A stretch of DNA of 64,000 bases from Convolutriloba macropyga (taxonomy: Eukaryota): positions 16,430,001 to 16,494,000 of the forward strand of contig NC_134473.1 of NCBI RefSeq assembly GCF_964194025.1. Reading direction: 5' to 3'. The notes below the pieces were generated by a model, which saw nothing but the letters and a program-made list of their open reading frames with translations, searched no databases and was not told the origin of the DNA. The translations under genes and the position numbers were made by a program. Below, in pieces: positions 38,380-49,000 of this stretch (positions are counted from its first letter, which is position 1; every line of letters begins with the position of its first letter).

Positions 38380-41300
38380 AGAATTGGATTGTATTGGCGC
38401 TCTTTTCTTTGTAAGATGTTTTCGCACATTTCTCAAGGTTTTGACATTTCAAAACACGATAAACAGGTAACCCCAGTGGGAATTAGGTTTCAAAAGAAAC
38501 CTGAAGCTGGCTTCAGTAGTACTTCAATTGCTTAGAGTGGTGCAGGTGCTTAGAAAGCCTCAACTCAAGGTTAAAAGATTTTTTGGGAGTTTTGAGCTCA
38601 AAGTGTTGCAATTTTTCCTATTTTCGCCATTTTTCCAGTTTTTTTATTGAACTACTCTTAAACTTTCGTTTGTATAAAGTGATGGAGGTCTTTAGCAAGA
38701 TACAATTAAGTTTTTATTGCTATTTCTTGGGCTCTACGTTTTGGTAATGCAAACGATCACGAAAAATGATACCAAATTTTTCAATTATTTTCAAGTATTT
38801 CAAAAACTTTTGTCAACTTTTGAGATTTTCAGTCTCAAGGGCCATTAGATCTCTTTTTGAGGGTTTGATAATAATTTTACTGCTTTTTTATTGGCAACGA
38901 AACTCTTTTTAACATTTTATTGTCGCAAAATTTGACCAAGTTTTAAAACAGCGTTGAATTTTTATCAAGTTTGTCCAAAATTTTTGTCGTTTTTTGCCAA
39001 AAAAACAGGGCCAAAAAACTTCTCTAATATCTGATAATAGGTTTCTGCGTAGCTGTGAGTTGCAATCTTTTTCAGCTTTTTAGTATCATGAAACTTAGCG
39101 GTTTTGATAAAAAAATTGCATTTTTTTCATTTTTTTGCAGTTATATTTTATTTAAACTTTTGTGGTCTCAATGGTCGAATAACCTCTTCATGGGTTTGCT
39201 ATTTTGTTTTTGCATAGTTGCAGGGGCAATGGAATGGTTTTCAGATTCTTTTAAATTTCATTTTTTTTCAAAATTTCTGAGAATTTCTGCAATGTTCTTA
39301 GTTTATCGATGTTTATGAGACAATGCAACTTTTCAAGGCTTGAAAATAGGATACTGAACAGCCTCTCTCGAGAATAAAATTGTTCTGAGCAAACTATTAT
39401 CTAAAACTTTAGCAGCATTTCATTAAAAATCGCATTGTTTTCAAATTTTTAATCCTTTTCTAAGTTTATCAATCGTTACGGGCCAATGGCCAATGATATT
39501 TCTTCATGACTTGCAGATAATTTACTGGAAAGATTTCAGAGAAAAAAGTGCTTTTTAAACATTTTATATTGCGAAATTAAGAAACATTTCGCAATACTGA
39601 CTTTTTTAAGTGTTTGTAAGGTTTCTCGATTTGTTTGCTATCTTTATTGGTCAAAATATCTCTTTCAAGACTTGTGCATGGATAAACGGGTATGTTTAAT
39701 TGGATCAAATTTGGGCTTCATTGTGAAAGCTTCAACAGGTTTTAGCAATGGTTATAATTATGTTCAGTTTATTGTATTTTAGTTTAAGTTTTAAGATTTT
39801 TCTTCTTTTTTGGCTGGCGTTTTTCAACTGATCTTCTCATCAGATACAGTAGCTCTAAGTTTTTTATTCAATTATTTGAATTTTCAGGACCTTTCCTCCT
39901 ATGTTTCTTTCGGAAGACGTTTTCACACATTTTTCATGTTTTTGATCTTTCAAAACGGGATAAACTAGTAAGGTCCAGAGGCCATTACGTATCGTTAGAG
40001 TCCCCATGCCAGATTTGTATTCTCTCAAGTGCTTATAGTGGTGCAGCTGCTGGAAATGCTTTAAAGGAAGGTTAAATAGGTAACTCGTCAGAGTTTTTGA
40101 GACAAAACGGTGCAATTTTTCTGGCTTTTCTTCTATTTTTGAGTTCTTTGTTCGATCAGTTTTAGGTTGGCGTCTGCCAAAATTGATGAAGGTCTTTTGC
40201 AAGATATAATTGTTTTTTACGAGCATTAGTTGAGCTATATGTTTTGGTACTGCAAACATAAACACGAAAAACGATACTAATTTTTGTTATTTTTCCAAGT
40301 TTTTGGAAAAATTTTGTAATTCTTGAAATGTTAAAGCCTCGGAGGGCATGAAAACCTCCCCTAGATTTTCTGATTTTAGGTTTTTGTTTACATTTTAGTG
40401 GCAACAGAATTTTTTTCAACGTTTTAATTACAAAAAATTTAGCAATTGATAAATTTTGAATTTTTTTTTCAATTTTTCCGAAAATTATTGCTATGTTCCT
40501 AGTTTACCGACATTTATTTGCTAATGAAACTTTCTAGGGCATAAAATTGGGTTGGCTAGTTTTTAGTGGCAATTGCACGATTTTAACATTTAAATGTCAC
40601 GAATATTAGCATTTTTTGATAAATTTTGTTTTTCTTACGTCCTTCAAAAATATTTGTCTTTTGTTCAGTCTTGCTTCAGTGGGAAGGCAACTTCCTCTAA
40701 GATTTGATAGTTTGTTGTTGCGTAGTTGCTAGGGGCAATGGAATCGTGTTGAATTTTTTAATAAGACGAAATTTTGCAAAATTTTTTTAAAATTTGTTTT
40801 TTGTTTCAAAATTTCTGAAAACTTTTAGTCATATTCCTAGTTTGTCAATCTTTATGAGCCAAAGTAACTTTTTAAGGCTTGCAATAGGGTTAATGAAAAG
40901 CCTTTTGAGACAATGAAATGGTTTGAAGAGATTAATATCACTTTTAGCAACAATTATCTAAAATTTGCAATTATTTTCAATTTTTTGAATTTTCTTGTTA
41001 TTCTCTAATTTTATTGCTCTTTGTGGGCCAATGAGTTTACGTCTTTCAGATGGTTTGTTGGACAGATTTCAGTGGTTTTAAGCATTCCAGAATAGCAAAA
41101 TTAAGTTCTTTTGTTACTTTCATTTTGAAGTATTTCTCAATTTTTTCTCTATCTTATTTGGCCAATAAACCTCTTCCAAAGCTAGTCCTGGAGTTTATGG
41201 TATATTTACATGAATCAAGTTTGGTCTCGAGGTTAAAAGCTGCAAGAGCTTAAGCAATGGTTATATGCTTTAGTTTGTTTGATGTTTTTAGTTTTTGAAC

Positions 41301-41410
41301 GTCTGATTGTTTTTCTTTTTGTTCTGGCAATGTTCAATTGATCTGCTGGTCAGATACAGTAGTTATATTTTTTTCAATTTTGTGGATTAAATTTCAAGAC
41401 TTGTCCGGCT
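38380..41410 (+). repeat. Old family-B-related sequence with strongly diverged satellite monomers; two related blocks
   Basis: AAAAC(A/G)(C/G)GATAAAC blocks at ~38451 and ~39952; monomer-like GGGTTTGATAATA motifs; 38400-39890 resembles 39910-41400. Confidence 0.5.
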
Positions 41411-43267
41411 ATAAGTATTACAATTTAAATAATTCTAATTTTATTGGTGCGCTCTCCTTTTTTAAATATCTGTTCACAGTTTTTTGAAATTCTTGTCAAT
41501 TAGGAATCAAACCGGATTAGTAATTCTAATCACGCTGAAGTAGAAAGAGAAGTGAAAACTGAGTAGATATAAAGCATGACATGGTTTCAAACTTTGACGT
41601 CAATTTGGAAAAAGTCTTTAAACAGATTTTTGTTTATTCAGAGCAATTTTTTCACATTTGGCTATTTTACGTTTCTATGTTTTCTCTTCATCTTCTGTAA
41701 GAATACTTTTGGAAGGTGATAATTGTGTCCTTATAGTGCACAGCTGCAGCTGTTTCAACCAAACAAAAAGCAATCAATTGATCTTCAGCAAAATGTTTTT
41801 TTTTTCTTAAAGTAAGTGTGAGTTTTTTTGCCGGTTTTTCATTGTTTCAATATTTAGTCTGGTTAATGGTGGTCTTGATGGCTCTCTATTCAGGTTCACT
41901 GAAATTCAAATCAAACGGTTCAAACATAAATCAAACTTTTTAACGAATTCGACACTACTTGTTTTCAAAAGTTTTAAACAAATTTTGGATCTTTCCTCTG
42001 TCGACGTTTTTTTGATTATTTTATATCTCTTTCCTTTTTCTCTGTCCTTTTTATATATCTCTTTCTCTGTCCTTTTTATGGACAGCTCTAAGAAGCCTTC
42101 AATGAGTAATCATTTGATCAAAATAAAGTTCTTTTCACATTTAACGATTTTCCTGAACTTGACTAATGATGCATCTCCTTTTTCTTCGGCTTTTTTAAAA
42201 ATTTAATCTAATTTTTCATTTCAAAACTCTTCGACGTTTTCATGTCAATATGACTTGTTTTTTGAAAACACTGTTTTTTCAAACTTTACGTAATGTTCCA
42301 TTTTTGCTGTCACTTCTGTTTAATAAAATGTCTCCAGGTTGCCAAATGAGTCACGTTTGAATTTATTTAATCCTTTCAATGTTAAAAGTCTTCACGACTT
42401 TGATTGTACTTGTTTTAGGAAGTTTATCATATTTTTGGGATTTTGCTCATTTGTTGTTTCATAGTTAGTTAAAAAAAACCAACTTAGTTGTATCATTAAT
42501 TCTAACTGGGCAAATTTGATCCCATCTAAGGGTTTCAGTTCACTGCTAATGTTATTTGACTGACATTTGTTTTCAGAACTTGTGTCTGCTATTGATTGTT
42601 GTCTGCTTTTGAAGTTATTTGTTACGAAGTCTCCATTTTATTGTTTAAATTGAATTTGGTAAATGATTTCTATCTATAGATTGTTGGAAAGAAGTCGAAA
42701 AGTTCAGTGTTTTTTTTTGCAAGTTTTATGACCTTGATGCCACCTATTTTCAATGAAGTCGTCAAAAACGGATTTAGCCAAAAATTTGTCTTTTCGTCTC
42801 TCTGTGGTTTTCTACAGATGGTGTTCGCTGTCCAAAATTCACTAAGTCAACGTAGTCTTGAAATGAAATAGTTTTGTTTTAAGACTATTGTGGTCTTCCG
42901 TTTACATTCGTGGAAGTATTCGTATGACTTTTTCATTATCGAATATTTTTATTATGACTTCATTGTCGGAGGCTGTCCTTATAAGGAGGCTGAAAGCATT
43001 ATCTTCTATTTAATCAGTTCTGATTTGTAGTCCAGGACCGCTCCTCATATGCTATATTTTTTAGTGGTTGTAGTGGTATATAATGACATCAAATGACGTC
43101 ATTTGAATCCTCTTTAGTGCATGTAGTTACTCCCCCCTCCTCCCGACAGACTGTAATAGATTCGAGATCCAATTAGACGTTTGAGAGCAATTCTTCCGAC
43201 GTCTGTCCGTTATATTCATTGATCTTGGTAGACGGAATTTTTTTTGCAAGCAGATCTTTCATTAAAA

Positions 43268-43775
43268 ACAATTAACTTGGTTATCAAAACGGAGGTTGTC
43301 AATACAACAGATCAACAGTTTATGAACCTCATTTCATCGGCATTTTTTATTTTTCACATGTAAAATGTATGTTTTTATTCTCACCAATTTGGTCAGGTAA
43401 GAGTAAAAAAAGTAGAACTGCAAATTAATAAGTTTCCCTTTTGCCGCAATCGTTTTGGCGTCTCATCATTAAAGGACCAATCTGGACTCTTCTTATTCTG
43501 AATTGGTTAAATCTGGCCAAAAAGAGCGTGTCAAAATCATTGAGGCAGACCCTTGATCATATCTGTCGACAACGATTGCAAGTACTGGATCAACCATCTC
43601 CCCTCCGAGCGGTCGAGCACCCAAAAAGCAAAAGTCTACTAGGGAGCCCGTGCCAGCAACATTTCCGCTGATTCCCGAATAGCGGTGATTGACAAGGATT
43701 GCATTAGTTTACAGAAAGCTACAGACAACCCCAGCGCTTGGAAGGAACGATTGTCACTTAACACAGCCAACCGCT
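43268..43775 (-). mobile_element. Inverted copy of the CRE-like retroelement 3' end
   Basis: Reverse complement of 44902-45414 with only scattered differences. Confidence 0.9.
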
Positions 43776-43794
43776 CAATTTGCTCATTTTTTAG

Positions 43795-44231
43795 ATGTCG
43801 AATGAAAAGATGGATGGCACTCGAGCTACTAAATTGTACGCAGATTGCTTGTGCATTTTGAGTCAGTACGAGGTGAATAAGGAAGTACTTGTTGAACCTA
43901 TTGACGAATATGAAGCAGAGTTATTTTGTGCGAAGAAATTGGAATCTCGATCAACCGAGAGCACAAGGATCAGGAGTTAAGATTGCTACAAAAAGAATCA
44001 TTCTGCGACTCTGATCAAGATTTAAGTTTAATGTCCTATTTCATCAGTGTTGAATCATTTATAGTGACGGCTGTCGTTGGCCATAATGAGACGAAATTTC
44101 CTAAAGCGGTATATTGATAGAAATCATGCAACCGACATCGATTCTTCTATTGATTTAAAAATTGAATGTTCAAGTTTTGAGATCTCGCGTCTGATCAATA
44201 TTAACAAGCAGCTCAAAGGTATCGTTCTTGA
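43795..44231 (+). pseudogene. RWDD2: Truncated, frameshifted RWDD2 duplicate (5' part)
   Basis: MDGTRATKLYADCLCILSQYEVNKE... and DQDLSLMSYFISVESFIVTAVVGHNETK align to 49015-48575 on the other strand. Frameshifts at ~43925 and ~44095; stops before DUF1115. Confidence 0.9.
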
Positions 44232-44389
44232 GCCCATTGTTCCATAATATTTATAGAGTTCAGGTGCAATTGTTTCAACTTTATTAGTTTTAAGTCGAAA
44301 TTGATTGTGCAGGTAGAGCTCGTCTCAGACCGGATTGACGACTTCGAATTTTTTGAAATTAGCGCGAACTTATGCTTTGGCTAATTAGA

Positions 44390-45414
44390 CTTTGGGCTTC
44401 ATATGGTACCAAATGAGTTTAAATTTAGTGCAAAGCACAGGTTGGGTGTCCCTGTCTACGACGCCGAAAGGAAGTTCCCGTTTTGTAAAGCAGGAGTTCT
44501 TGATATCTATGGGGATCATGCCATTGCGTGTCACAGTCGAGGAGACGCAATTGCAAGACATGACCAGATTCGAGATAAAATAGTGTCTGCTTGCTCATCT
44601 GCGAATCTCTCACCAGTAGTGGAAAAAAGAACCTCATTCCAGAAAGCCAATCACGCCACGTAGACATCTTTGTCCCGACTTGGAAAGCGGGGAAACCTGC
44701 TGCATTTGATGTAACCGTTACTTCGTCGCTGCAATGCAACTCTCACTAATGCGGCAACAAAGGCAGGATACGCGCTTGATTCGGCAGATTAAAGAAAATA
44801 TTGCCTCCACGACGATAACTGCGCAAAAATGGGAGTCACATTTGTTCCCCTTGCAATTGAAGTCCTTGGTGGAATATCGGCAACCTTCACGAAAACACTA
44901 AAGCGGTTGGCTGCGTTAAGTGACAACCGTTCTTTCCAAGCGCAGGGGTTGTCTGTAGCTTTCTGTAAACTGATGCAATCGTTGTCAATCACCGCTATTC
45001 GGGGATCAGCGGAAATGTTGATGGCATGGGCTCCCTTGTAGACTATTTTGCTTTTTGGGTGCTCGACCGCTCGGAGGGGAGATGGTTGATCCAGTACTGT
45101 TGCAATCATTGTCGACAGATATGATCAAGGGGTCTGCCTCAATGATTTTGACACGCTCTTTTTGGCCAGATTTAACCAATTCAGAATAAGAAGAGTCCAG
45201 ATTGGTCCTTTAATGATGAGACGCCAAAACGATTGCGGCAAAAGGGAAACTTATTAATGTGCAGTTCTACTATTTTTACTCTTACCTGACCAAATTGGGG
45301 AGAATAAAAACAAACATTTTACATGTGGAAAAGCAAAAATGCCGATGAAATGAGATTCATAAACTGTTGATCTGTTGTATTGATAACCACCGTTATGTTA
45401 ACCAAGTTAATTGT
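44390..45414 (+). mobile_element. 5'-truncated CRE-clade-like non-LTR retrotransposon (CCHC knuckle plus restriction-like endonuclease and 3' region)
   Basis: EFKFSAKHRLGVPV..PFC..D.YGDHAIAC..GDAIARHDQIRD, then (frameshifted) RHVDIFVPTWKAGKPAAFDVTVTS, and FVPLAIEVLGG...LSITAIRGSAEML. This is an RLE-type C-terminus with stops and frameshifts. Confidence 0.85.
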
Positions 45415-46463
45415 CAATTAATACTCATGAGGTCAATCAATGGCTTAAAGGTAGCCATCTAAATATTCAATTTTGAGTGAACAAAAAATTGGGAAAGTTT
45501 TGCATTTTTTCTCTATCAGTTAAGAGAGCTTCTTTAACACAAATATTTACATAATGACTAAGAAATCACTGTTTCTGATATTTGAGGGTTTAATTTTCCC
45601 GATAGTTCCTGGCATTTTTTCAGTTAATGTTAATATTATTAATTACATTTTATTTGACTATGCTTTGTCGAAACTGTTTGCAAGTGGCATTGAGGATCAA
45701 TTTTGATTTGGATCCTTTTGAAAGCGTTTTCATTAAAAGAAATGACGTTTTGGGCAAATTTTTTTGCGGTTAGTTCAGTTTGTCATGCAATGCTATTGTG
45801 GTAGTTTAGTTGTCTCTAATGTCTGATATTTTCAGCTTCACGACATGACCGAATCTCCGCTGCTTATTGTCTTTGACAACACTGGTTTTCCTGAAGTTTT
45901 TGGTAAATGTTCTGTTGGTTTAGTTTGTGATGCTGGGTTGTTACTTTGTCCTTCCTCTTTTTTTAAAAATAAAGTTGGCATGTAGTGTCTAATAGTTATT
46001 TTGAATTGATAAAAGGTTGATAAAGGCAATGCATAACTGGAATGTCTGAGCTAGATGCGTGAAAGCGTACATGGACGAGCCTTCTTGTAATTAAATTTCT
46101 GATCCGAATGTTGACTTTTCTTAAGGAATATTTTATAAGCATAAACACTCGCTTTACTATTTTGCAACTTTTTTTCTTGCTCCTTGTAAGCTTTATGAGA
46201 AGAATCTATATTTGCATACATTTTCAAATCTTTGTAAAATAAATGTCATACAATAGTTACACTTTAAATGAACTGGATGATACATTTTCATCAAATTGCA
46301 ATTCTAGAAAGAGCTCAAAATCAATTTTTATCAAGAATTCGATTAAACATTGAAAACAGAAATTTAACAGAGTTTCAATTTTGCGTTTATGGCACATTCT
46401 CGTATACTGCTAACTATTCCGATAATCAATTTGCAATATTAAATATTGTAGTCGAAAAGTGCG

Positions 46464-47732
46464 TCATGGTTCTTGTTCCGGCTGACCTGGGTTGAAGTTC
46501 TTATTAACCAGATAGTCACCCTCGCCAACTTCAAACGGTGGCCCTCCTTCATCGTCAGCATAAGGGTCGTCTTCATACTCATTCGGCCTGTGTAGTCTAT
46601 TCTGATCCGGATCTTTTGGATTTACAACAAAGGCCGCAATAACAAGCGCCATCAGGCAGTTATTAAAAGCGAACTTGACCGCCTCAATTACCAAAGCGGA
46701 ACTATATCGAGTTTTGTAGATCAGCGGATCGAAAAGCGCCGGCGCTCTGGATATGATCCAGGTAGTTCCCAAAGAGAAGGAGTACAACACCATTACCGCA
46801 ATTAGAACCGCATAAGTAAAGCGTCGAATAACATCTTCATTTGTCATAAGAATCATAACAGATGTCAGTACCACAACTAAAATATTTATCACCAACTGTA
46901 AGGAGAAAAACGCATATGCTGCATTTTTATATGAAGTATTCGGATAACTATTCGCAAGGATTGACAATGTAGTTTGCGAGATTTCCAGGTCTCCGTAAAA
47001 CGGCCGCGGTGGTTCGAAGCTCGCAAGGCAGCCAAATGACATCAGAAGAGTGAGAACCGCGATCCCGATGGCGACTAGTAAAAGCACTAATGGTGTTCCG
47101 GTGATTCGATTGTTTCCCTTTCCCTGTCGAGGAGGGGACGCTATTCGAGCTGTCAAAACTGCAACAGCTAGAATGCTCATGCAAACCCCTATGATCAACA
47201 ATCCCAGCGGCCAAGATATCCAATCTAGCTGAATAAGGGAGGTGTAAATCCACGCACATATAAGAACACAGAAATATTGAAATATCGCGATGATATACTG
47301 AGCTCGGTAAAACTCATAAGCTGCGCTTGGTTCCTGTTCTCCGTCGTCTTCGAATTTATTCTGGCACATTTCATTCACTTGTAGCATGAACCCAACAATA
47401 ACAAGCAATATGCTGAAAATTTGGAATACTCGAACCGCATTAATCCGATCATCGAATTCATTCCGGTCGTAGCTACCTTCTCCGGTGTAATAAGTTCGAC
47501 CCGTCCACATGCCAAAAGTTCCAGAAAATGAATCTGGAAGTTCAATTTTGAAGTCGCTGCTGTTAACCATGCAACTGTTGCAAAAGAACACGGAGAATAA
47601 ATCGTCCCCTGCAGCTCTCACCATATACAGAGGATAAAGATGAAGGGTTTTCGCAGGAAAGTTGCCCATCATAATGCAAAACACAGCAATGATTTCGACA
47701 GTCAGAAAAAAGTAAGTAAGTGGGCTGAACAT
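46464..47732 (-). CDS. Intronless 422-aa 8-TM membrane protein, apparent tandem PMP22/EMP/claudin-superfamily domains with acidic C-tail
   Basis: Long clean ORF with elevated GC and AAAATG start context. Eight hydrophobic segments. First unit has FGMW (GLW-like), INAVRVFQIFSILL, IFQYFCVLICAWIYT and ISWPLGL; second unit has NAAYAFFSLQ and RYSSAL. Confidence 0.85.
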   Translation of the reverse strand: MFSPLTYFFLTVEIIAVFCIMMGNFPAKTLHLYPLYMVRAAGDDLFSVFFCNSCMVNSSDFKIELPDSFSGTFGMWTGRTYYTGEGSYDRNEFDDRINAVRVFQIFSILLVIVGFMLQVNEMCQNKFEDDGEQEPSAAYEFYRAQYIIAIFQYFCVLICAWIYTSLIQLDWISWPLGLLIIGVCMSILAVAVLTARIASPPRQGKGNNRITGTPLVLLLVAIGIAVLTLLMSFGCLASFEPPRPFYGDLEISQTTLSILANSYPNTSYKNAAYAFFSLQLVINILVVVLTSVMILMTNEDVIRRFTYAVLIAVMVLYSFSLGTTWIISRAPALFDPLIYKTRYSSALVIEAVKFAFNNCLMALVIAAFVVNPKDPDQNRLHRPNEYEDDPYADDEGGPPFEVGEGDYLVNKNFNPGQPEQEP

Positions 47733-48031
47733 TTTGAAACTCAGCGTTTATTTCCTCACTTCACCGCCGCTGAAAAGGTGATTTATTTTGCAGCAAATGT
47801 GATCAAATCAGGTAACAAGTCGCCCACGACGTGATCTTTTTTCAGTTGACTTTTTACTGTCACGACAATGAACAAATTAATGAGGTCAAAATCGTCTTTG
47901 GCCAAGCAAACTCCAGATTTGAATTCGGTTAAGAGGTACCGATTGCCAAAATTCATTGCAATATAATCACTAAAACCCGCTTCGGTACAGCCCATAACCG
48001 CGTGATGAATAATTTACTCTTAAATCTTATT

Positions 48032-49000
48032 TCAATCGGAACCAAAACCAAAAATCGTGTCAAATACATTTGCACAATTATGCTCACAGAGAAACTCTTT
48101 AAACTTGGACATATCCTGCTTGGTATGCGAAGGAGCATTTTCAAAAACCAGCTCTTCAAATACATTAAAGAGCAAACATTTGCATATAATATCATTCGAG
48201 TTGTCACTTTTCGATCTCTTAAAACAAGAGCATGTGAAGGTTTCGGTCATTACTAACTGCAGTCGCTGCCAATTCCACTTTCTGATTCTCGCCCAGAATT
48301 CTTCCGCGAATTCTGAATCTCCCTCAACACAAATAACACCTGGTTTTCCTGGCAAACAAAATCCGTTCAATTGGTATTCTTTAGCCCAAAATATCATGTC
48401 CTTTCGTTTTTCTTTACTGTATATGTGATGCGATACAATCCAATACCTTGCTTTCGAAACGTTGAGTTTGGGCATAACTTTGTCCTCGAATGGGCTCAAT
48501 TTTATACTGTCTTCCAAAATTTGTTGAAGTGCCGGCAGATTGCTCACGTAATCGGATATTGACTTCACACTACATTCAAGAACAATGCCTTTGAACTGCT
48601 CGTTAATATCGACCAGACGCGAGTTCTCAAAACTTGGACATTCAATTTTGAAATCAATAGAAGAATCGATGTCAGTGCCATAATTTCTATCAATATACAG
48701 CTTTAGGAACAATTTCGTCTCATTATGACCAACGGCAGCAGTCACAATAAATGATTCAACACTGATGAAATAGGACACCAAACTTAAATCATGATCTGGG
48801 CCGCAGATTAATCCATTTTGTAGCAATCTGAATTCCGGATCTTTGTGTTCCTGGTTGATCAAGATTCCACTTTCTTTACACACAATAACTGCCGCTTTAT
48901 ATGCTTCGATAGGTTCAATGAATATTTCCTTGTTCAGTTCGTACTGACTCAACATGCACAAGAAATCTTCGTACAATTTTGTAGCTCGAGTGCCATCCAT
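48032..49000 (-). CDS. RWDD2: RWD-domain-containing protein 2 (RWD plus DUF1115), 322 aa from first ATG
   Basis: RYWIVSHHIYSKEKRK...LNGFCLPGKPGVICVEG...EEFWARIRKWNWQRL is characteristic of RWDD2A/B. An acceptor TTTTTAAG| lies 15 nt upstream of ATG 49000, so an extra upstream coding exon cannot be excluded. Confidence 0.92.
   Translation of the reverse strand: MDGTRATKLYEDFLCMLSQYELNKEIFIEPIEAYKAAVIVCKESGILINQEHKDPEFRLLQNGLICGPDHDLSLVSYFISVESFIVTAAVGHNETKLFLKLYIDRNYGTDIDSSIDFKIECPSFENSRLVDINEQFKGIVLECSVKSISDYVSNLPALQQILEDSIKLSPFEDKVMPKLNVSKARYWIVSHHIYSKEKRKDMIFWAKEYQLNGFCLPGKPGVICVEGDSEFAEEFWARIRKWNWQRLQLVMTETFTCSCFKRSKSDNSNDIICKCLLFNVFEELVFENAPSHTKQDMSKFKEFLCEHNCANVFDTIFGFGSD

Noticed and set aside
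45838-46100. Possible THAP-domain relic on - (KFNYKKAR..C, MPTLF)
   Set aside because: The C2CH ligands cannot be recovered in a consistent frame; too weak without a profile search.
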